A stretch of 64,000 nucleotides of DNA from a virus (taxonomy: Duplodnaviria; Caudoviricetes), in IMG/VR virus record IMGVR_UViG_2887198475_000002. One strand, given 5' to 3'. The position numbers and the translations under genes are program-made. Positions 57,790 to 64,000 of the stretch are shown one piece after another (the stretch's first letter is position 1; every line of letters starts with the position of its first letter). Below the pieces are notes generated by a model that ran no database searches, was not told the origin of the DNA, and saw only the letters and a list, made by a program, of their open reading frames with translations.

Positions 57790-58415
57790 CGGCCCGTCCT
57801 CCGGATCAGCTTTGCCGGCTCAGTATCGGACAAATTTGTCCGAACGCTCAACTCCCGCCACCATGCCCCATCCGCATCGGCTCGAACGGCGCCGCCTCGC
57901 CCGCGCTGGCGCAGCTCGACGGCGACGTGTCGTTCCCTTCGGGCGAGGAGGCGCGACGACATAGGCCGTGCGGCCGTTCTGGAAGGCGCAGAGGCCGGTA
58001 TCGGGCGCGGAACGCGGAAACCGGGCACGGGCGCTTCCTGGGGCCTTCCTGGGCCGCCAGGACGGCCGCCGTGGCAGCGAAGGCCGCGGCCTCTGCCCCA
58101 TCGTCATCGAGCCGTGAAGTTCAGCTCGCACGCGCGCGCGTCCCACCTCCTCTCCCTTCTTTCTTTCTTCCCTTCTTTTCTTCTTTTGTAGTTGGTCCCT
58201 CTTCGGTCCCTCTTCGGTCCTTCTTCGGTCCTGGCTTCGGTTCCGCTTTGGTCCTGCGTTGCTTCTGATTTGCCTACAAAGCATTGGAATGCATAGCAAT
58301 TTGCCATGCGCGCTATGGTCCTGGCGTGGCGCGAGCAATGGTCCGAAATTGCCTCGATGGCACCGCCATCGACAGCGTGACGAATCGCGATGAATCGGGC
58401 GTCCGATCCGGCGTC

Positions 58416-59649
58416 GTCATGAACTCGGGCCTGAAGGCCCGAGCTTGTAGGTGCCCAAGATGAGGCTACGCGGCCCTACGTTCGGCAGCATGACGGCTGC
58501 CCCGCCGCGAGATGTTCACGGCGGCTGTGGTGTCGGCGGGGCCAGCGTGCCCGCATTGGATGCACCGGAAGGTGTCGCGATCTGGGCGGTTGCGCTTGTC
58601 TATCATCCCGCAGCACGGGCACTCACGGCTCGTGTTGCGCGGATCTACGCAGACAAGTGGCACGCCTTCCATCGCGGCCTTGTAGGTCAGGAAGGCCCGG
58701 AGTTGGTGGAAGCTCCAACTGTGGTGCGCGCGGCGCTGGGACCGTCTGACCGTTGTCCGCGCGCGGATGCCCTTGAGGTCTTCCAGGGCAATGCCGCGTC
58801 CGGTGTCTTTGGCCTTCCGCACGATGGCTTTGCTGATCCGGTGGTTCACGTCGCGGGCAAACCGCGACTCCTTGGCCCGGCGCCGCTTCAGCAGGCGCTT
58901 GGCCGACTTGGTTCCCTTCTTCTGAAGCTTGCGGCGGAGGCGTGCATGTCGGTTGCGCAGATTGGCGATGTGCGCGCCGCTGAACGTCTCCCCATCGTTG
59001 TCGGCGGCGATGTTCTTCCGGCCGAGATCGACGCCGAGGTATTCGGTCGGGTCGCCCGGCGGCACATCGCCAACGTCGATGGTCACATAGAGGAAGAACT
59101 GCCCGTCGCGGTAGATCAGGTCTGCCTGCCCGCGCACTCGATCAAGCCGGGCGTGCTGGTAGGCGCCGGCCACCCACGGCATGATCTCGCGCCCATCCAC
59201 CGTCAGGACCGAAACCCGGTCCGATCCTTTCCACGACAGGATGCGCTCGTCATAGACAATGGCGCCGTGCGGCCGGAACGACGGTTGGATGGATTTGTCT
59301 CGCTTGTAGACCTCGACCACCTTGGCGATGGCGCGAACGGTCATCTGCGCGGACAGACCAAAGTCAGCGCGGATACCGTGGTAGGCGATCTTCTGAAGCT
59401 CAACCTTGTTGGCACATTTGTTGCTGAAGGCAATGGCAGCAAGCGTGTCGCAGGCAGCATTGAACTGCTCCATCGTCTTCAACAGAGACGCCGCCTGTTC
59501 GGCGGTAGGCAACAGCTTCACCTGCATCGTCAGCTTCATAAAAATCTATATAGGAATCGCTCAATGCAAAGTCAACACCGCATAGCCGACTTCGCCGGCT
59601 GCGCTATCCCTCCGCCGGCTAAAGCCGGCGGCATCTCGCGCAAGCCATG
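58416..59649 (-). mobile_element. TnpB-only IS200/IS605-family element
   Basis: Subterminal hairpins CCGCCGGC-TAAA-GCCGGCGG (~59613-59632) and CTCGGGC-CTGAAG-GCCCGAG (~58424-58443); no tnpA; boundaries inferred. Confidence 0.75.
58466..59539 (-). CDS. tnpB: TnpB RNA-guided nuclease
   Basis: GVDLG, IALEDL, TSRECPCCG, CIQCG, ADTTAAVNI; RuvC D-E-D intact. Confidence 0.93.
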   Translation of the reverse strand: MKLTMQVKLLPTAEQAASLLKTMEQFNAACDTLAAIAFSNKCANKVELQKIAYHGIRADFGLSAQMTVRAIAKVVEVYKRDKSIQPSFRPHGAIVYDERILSWKGSDRVSVLTVDGREIMPWVAGAYQHARLDRVRGQADLIYRDGQFFLYVTIDVGDVPPGDPTEYLGVDLGRKNIAADNDGETFSGAHIANLRNRHARLRRKLQKKGTKSAKRLLKRRRAKESRFARDVNHRISKAIVRKAKDTGRGIALEDLKGIRARTTVRRSQRRAHHSWSFHQLRAFLTYKAAMEGVPLVCVDPRNTSRECPCCGMIDKRNRPDRDTFRCIQCGHAGPADTTAAVNISRRGSRHAAERRAA

Positions 59650-59672
59650 GTGAGAATCAGGCCCGGCCCGGC

Positions 59673-59688
59673 GTCGTGACGCCAGCAT
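59673..59688 (+). promoter_or_regulatory. GTCGTGAC putative late-promoter motif
   Basis: GTCGTGAC-GCCAGCAT, 14 nt before ATG 59695. Confidence 0.7.
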
Positions 59689-59694
59689 GGGGGC

Positions 59695-62600
59695 ATGACC
59701 GCACGAGCCCCAATTGTCCTTTTTTTGAAGGCGTTACAGCCCGGCGAACGCTGGATAACGGTCCACAGCCACGGGCCGGACGCGCCCGGCCAGCCCGTGC
59801 TGATCCGGCAGGAGAGCGACGGCTCCGCAAGGGTGGTTGGGGGCGCCGGCGGGGCGTTGAACCATCTGCGCCTGACCGCTGTGCGCGACGAGGCCGAATA
59901 CAAGCAGGAGGCGGCAAAGCGCGCGGAGCTGCACCGCGACGCCAGGAAGCGGCAGCAGGAGCGCGATCGGCGAGACGGCCTCGCTGACAGCAAGAAGCGG
60001 GCGCGGGAGGTATTGCAGGCCAGCCTGGGCGACCACCGGGCGAAATTCGTGGAGACGGTCGCGCAGGCCATGGGCTGGGACACCCGGTTCCCGGCCGAGA
60101 AATACCAGAACCTCAGCGACGCGGCCCTGCGGCGGGCGCAGCAGCGGCACGCCAACGGCCTGATGAAGCGGGCGCGCGAAGCTGTGGACATGCAGCAGCA
60201 GCGCCTTGTCGCCGACGCCGAGGCGCGGGGCGCTGCGGGCCTGGGCGAAGTCAAGCTCACCAGCTCGAAGCCGGACGAGATCACGGCGGAGGACTTGGCG
60301 CCGGTGGCGCCGCCGAACGGCCGGGGCCTGGGCTTCGACCCGGAATACGGCAAGCGCGCCGCCGCGGCGGGCCTGACCGCGGAGGAAAAGCGGCAGGAGG
60401 CCGAGGCCACCAAGCCGCAGGATCCGGAGCGGCAGGCGGCCGCGGCAGAGCGCAAGGTGACGGCGCAGAAGATCGCCGGCGAGCTGGCGACGGTCCGCGA
60501 TCCGCTTCCCCAGGTGGACCCGAAGCGCGTCGTGGACGATCGCGCCGCCCTCGCCATGGTCAAGGCGCGGAAGGCGTTGCAGCAGGCCGAGCGCGCCGCC
60601 CGGGACGCGAACAAGCAGATCGACGTCGCCCGCACCACGGTCGAGCCGCGGGCCTTCGTCATCGAGACGCGGCAGGCGAGCGATGACGAGGCCCTGAAAG
60701 ACCTCGAAAACGACCTGAAGACGGTCCGGACCCGGGCTTTCGTGTCGGAAGTCGGGAAGATGATCGGGGAGCGGGAGAGCGTCGGCGGGCACATTGCCGC
60801 CGGCGCCTTCAACAGCATCAACGCCCTGGCGCTCGCCGCCGGCGGTTCGGCCCTCCTCGATCGGTCAACGGTGGATGTGCTGGGCACGGACGGCGCCGCG
60901 CGCGTCCTGGCCCGGCGGCTGCAAGCCGACCTCTCCCCGCAGGAGATGGACGAGCTGCGGGGGGCAATGGAGCGGTACCACATCGACCACTACATGCGGG
61001 TGCAGGCGACCGATGGGGCGCTGCGGGACGCGCGGACGTGGCACGAGATGGCCCAGGAGATCGAGCTGGGCGCCGCGAGCACCGGGCATGACCTGATGGC
61101 CGCCCAGGAGCTGAACGCCCGCCGGCGGGAATACGTCGGGAAAGCCCAGCAGGTCTTGGGCGTGGCCCTGGGCGAGATGGAGGCGAACGCCGCGCTGGTG
61201 GCGGCCCTGGGCCGGAAGAAGCCGGAGGCCAGCCTGACGGTCAGCATGGGCAAGCTGGCGCCCGAGCAGGCGATCGCCCAGGCGCGCGCGATCGGGTTGC
61301 AGCGGGGCGAGTACCGGATCGAGCGCGTGGGGGCCTCGACCATGCTGACGGTCGAGGCGGCCGGCATGGATCGGCTGGCGAAGCCGGTCAGCCGGTCCGA
61401 CCTCGCGCGCACCCGGGGCGCGCTGGACATCATCGAGGGGCGCAGGGACGAGGATGGATGGTTGCCGGAGGGCGTGGCGAAGCGCCTGGACCTGGGGCGT
61501 GACGACATGAAGCCGGGCGTGGCCCCCAGCCTCGCGCAGCCATTCCCCGACAAGCCGGCGGACGTGCGGCAAGCGGTGCGCGACTACATCGGCGCCAGGG
61601 CGGCGGACGGGGACACGCCGGCCGACATCCTCGCCGGCCTGCTGAACGAGGAGACGATCCAGCGCGCCGGCGACCGTGACGCCTATTTCCGCGCGGTCGA
61701 GGAGGTGGCCCCGTCGAAGGATGCCGAGGGCAAGCAGATCCGGGCCGAGGCCCACGCGGACCGCTTCGCGGAGCTGGCGGACGACTACACCTCGCGGGGG
61801 CTGGGCGGGAAGCTGCCGCCCCTGCACCGGCAGAAGTTCGCCGAGGACGATGCCGCGGCCGATGCGCTGCACCGGGCGCTGGCGGCGCACCCCGAAGGCG
61901 TGGCGGCATTCAAGCCGGTGGGGGACCTGACGCCGCAGGAGCAGGGCATGCTCCGCGGCGTGTTCGCTGCCGAGTTCGCCAAGTCGGCCGGGCCGGAGGC
62001 GCAGGCCAAGCAGCAGCGGCTTGCCGAGCTGGGCACCAACGAGCCGGAGCGCGAGGTTGAGGACATGTTCGGGCGGGGCGAGAACCCGCTCTGGCGCGAA
62101 TGGAAGGCCGAGCGCGACGGGCTCGCCGAGGAGCTGAACCGCGACACCATGACCTGGGGGAAATACCTCGCGGTCATGGGCAGTCCGGCGGCCGGCTATG
62201 CCGCCATGCAGGACGTGGTCCGGTCGAAGGTGGTCGGGCGCTTCGCCGAGGAGCTGAATCGGCTCCGCCCGGCCGAGGCCGTGAAGGTGGGCAAGACCAC
62301 CATCCGCGGGGACATCGACCACCTGGGCGCCCTCAATCCGGAGGAGCGCGAGCGCCGGGAAACCGAGCGGAAGAAGCTCGCCGGCGCCATGCAGGCGCGC
62401 GTCGGGGGCAAATTCGCGTCGGACGACGTGAAGGGGAAGATCCTGCGGGAGCGCGAGGCCCAGGCAGCCATCGCGCAGAGCCAGATGGGCCTGTTCGGGT
62501 TCGAGGAGCCGGCGCCGAAGGCGGAGGAGGGCGAGGCCGGGCCGCTCCTGCCGGAGCTGCGCCAGGGCGAGCGGCTGACGATCGGGCATCAGGCCGAGCA

Positions 62601-64000
62601 GCAGTTGCAGCGCATGATGGGGCGGATCGGCGCGAACTTCCGCCCCGGCACCGCGCCGGTGAACCTGTGGCGGCCCGACATGAGCGGGAAATTCGTCGGC
62701 CGGCAGCGGGCGGTGAAGCTGATCGAGCACTCGAAAAGAGTGGCTCTTGGACTAGGGGTTGGGTCAGGCAAGACGAGTATCGCGCTATCGGCTTTTACGC
62801 ACCTCAAGGCGAAGGGGAAGGCCAAGCGGGGCCTGTTCATCGTCCCCTCGATCGCCCAGGGGCAGTTCCACGGCGAGGCCCTGAACGTGCTTGAGCCGGG
62901 GCGCTACCGCTGGCACGCGGAGCCGGGTGCGAGCCGGGAGGAGCGCATCGCAGCCTACAAAGACCCGAGCATCGACTTCAACGTGGTCACGCACGCCGCC
63001 TTCAGGGATGACATGCTGCACCTCGCGGCCGCGCGCGAAGGCAGCACGCCGGACATCGTTGCCGAGAAGCTGGACGGCATGACGCCGGAGGGGCGTGCCG
63101 CCTACATGCGCGACCTGCTGGCCGCCGAGGGCATCGACCACGACTATCTGGCCGTGGACGAGGGGCACCAGCTCTTGAACCGCGAGGGCAAAGAAAACTC
63201 GCGGATGGCAAACGTCATAGACGGTATCTCAGACTCTCGAAGCTATTACGTAAATCTCACCGCGGATAGCGTGAAGAACGACGCTTCCGAGGCGTTCGAC
63301 GTGCTCGCGAAGATGGACCGCGCTCGCTACTCAGATCGGGATGCCTTCATGCGGCGCTACGGTGCGAACACGCCGGCGGCGCGCGAGGAGCTTCGCCGGG
63401 AGCTGGCCCGGCACCTCTACGCCGGGCACATCAAGCCGGAGGTGCAGGTCCGGAAGCAGGACGTGAAGGTGGCGCTGGGCGAGCGCGACCGGGCGCAGCT
63501 CGCCGCGATCGACAAGGCCGCGGCGGCGGCGCGCATCGCCCGCATGAAGGGCGAGGTGGATCTGCCCGCGCTCCGGACCCTGGCGCCCGGGGCGTTCGAG
63601 GACGTGCCCGAGGCCCAGCACGAGGACGTGGCGCGGGAGCTGAATCAGTCCATCGGCATCCTGCGCGCCACTGCGGCCCGGCACGCGATCGACGGAAGCG
63701 CCAAGGTGGACAAGCTGTCCGAGCTGGCGCGGGAGCGGGCAGGGAAGCCGGGCGTGGTGTTCGCTCACAGCCTCGCCCGCGTGAAGGAGATCGCGGAACG
63801 CCTGACACGCGAGGGGCACCGGGTTGTCACCCTGACCGGCACGGACACCAGCAAGGAGAAGGACGCCAAGAAGCAGGCTTTCCAGAGCGGCAAGGCGGAC
63901 ATCATCATCTGTTCGGACGCCGGCGCGGTCGGGGCGAATCTGCAACGCGGGCAATGGCTGGCGCAGTTCGACACGCCGCAGACAGCGATGGTCCATAACC
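59695..64000 (+). CDS. Second large SNF2-like protein, runs off window end
   Basis: Absent from ORF track; MTARAPIVLFLKALQPGERWITVH..GQPVLI; same-frame LGVGSGKT (~62750), VDEGH (~63154), TAD..KN, SDAGAVGANLQ. Confidence 0.85.
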   Translation, partial: MTARAPIVLFLKALQPGERWITVHSHGPDAPGQPVLIRQESDGSARVVGGAGGALNHLRLTAVRDEAEYKQEAAKRAELHRDARKRQQERDRRDGLADSKKRAREVLQASLGDHRAKFVETVAQAMGWDTRFPAEKYQNLSDAALRRAQQRHANGLMKRAREAVDMQQQRLVADAEARGAAGLGEVKLTSSKPDEITAEDLAPVAPPNGRGLGFDPEYGKRAAAAGLTAEEKRQEAEATKPQDPERQAAAAERKVTAQKIAGELATVRDPLPQVDPKRVVDDRAALAMVKARKALQQAERAARDANKQIDVARTTVEPRAFVIETRQASDDEALKDLENDLKTVRTRAFVSEVGKMIGERESVGGHIAAGAFNSINALALAAGGSALLDRSTVDVLGTDGAARVLARRLQADLSPQEMDELRGAMERYHIDHYMRVQATDGALRDARTWHEMAQEIELGAASTGHDLMAAQELNARRREYVGKAQQVLGVALGEMEANAALVAALGRKKPEASLTVSMGKLAPEQAIAQARAIGLQRGEYRIERVGASTMLTVEAAGMDRLAKPVSRSDLARTRGALDIIEGRRDEDGWLPEGVAKRLDLGRDDMKPGVAPSLAQPFPDKPADVRQAVRDYIGARAADGDTPADILAGLLNEETIQRAGDRDAYFRAVEEVAPSKDAEGKQIRAEAHADRFAELADDYTSRGLGGKLPPLHRQKFAEDDAAADALHRALAAHPEGVAAFKPVGDLTPQEQGMLRGVFAAEFAKSAGPEAQAKQQRLAELGTNEPEREVEDMFGRGENPLWREWKAERDGLAEELNRDTMTWGKYLAVMGSPAAGYAAMQDVVRSKVVGRFAEELNRLRPAEAVKVGKTTIRGDIDHLGALNPEERERRETERKKLAGAMQARVGGKFASDDVKGKILREREAQAAIAQSQMGLFGFEEPAPKAEEGEAGPLLPELRQGERLTIGHQAEQQLQRMMGRIGANFRPGTAPVNLWRPDMSGKFVGRQRAVKLIEHSKRVALGLGVGSGKTSIALSAFTHLKAKGKAKRGLFIVPSIAQGQFHGEALNVLEPGRYRWHAEPGASREERIAAYKDPSIDFNVVTHAAFRDDMLHLAAAREGSTPDIVAEKLDGMTPEGRAAYMRDLLAAEGIDHDYLAVDEGHQLLNREGKENSRMANVIDGISDSRSYYVNLTADSVKNDASEAFDVLAKMDRARYSDRDAFMRRYGANTPAAREELRRELARHLYAGHIKPEVQVRKQDVKVALGERDRAQLAAIDKAAAAARIARMKGEVDLPALRTLAPGAFEDVPEAQHEDVARELNQSIGILRATAARHAIDGSAKVDKLSELARERAGKPGVVFAHSLARVKEIAERLTREGHRVVTLTGTDTSKEKDAKKQAFQSGKADIIICSDAGAVGANLQRGQWLAQFDTPQTAMVHN

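Noticed and set aside
58466-59539. Cas12f or nuclease-dead TldR
   Set aside because: No CRISPR array, IS hairpin ends present, catalytic triad intact
1-64000. tRNA, rRNA, integrase, terminase, portal
   Set aside because: None recognised by eye; packaging genes presumably lie outside the window

Overview
GC-rich window that reads as part of a large myovirus-type phage-plasmid; an alphaproteobacterial host (Acetobacteraceae-like) is my inference. Layout: (1) 1-26.5 kb, a minus-strand virion cassette with protease, scaffold, major capsid, neck, sheath, tube, chaperones, a 2423-aa tape measure/lysozyme, hub, spike, and a >1257-aa SGNH esterase + GH5-like protein missing from the ORF track. (2) 26.5-33 kb, divergent operons of small early genes around an operator array. 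(3) 33.2-35 kb, a low-GC dual-OB + 2x DUF488 cassette. (4) 35.7-45 kb, a DarB-like methyltransferase/SNF2 protein with an intein. (5) 46-51 kb, a TraKLM/StbABC-like trio, dUTPase and an iteron RepA replicon. (6) 51-58 kb, accessory genes (chemoreceptor, MITE, EAL, receiver, HicB). (7) A TnpB-only IS and a second SNF2 protein running off the window end. Top observations: the intein's putative Zn-finger + DUF559/Vsr-like endonuclease lies in the +1 frame inside the intein, and ten intergenic GTCGTGAC-N3-A-N3-T motifs precede virion genes, each followed by either a (near-)leaderless start or an RBS-occluding hairpin. All family calls come from motif recognition by eye; no searches were run.
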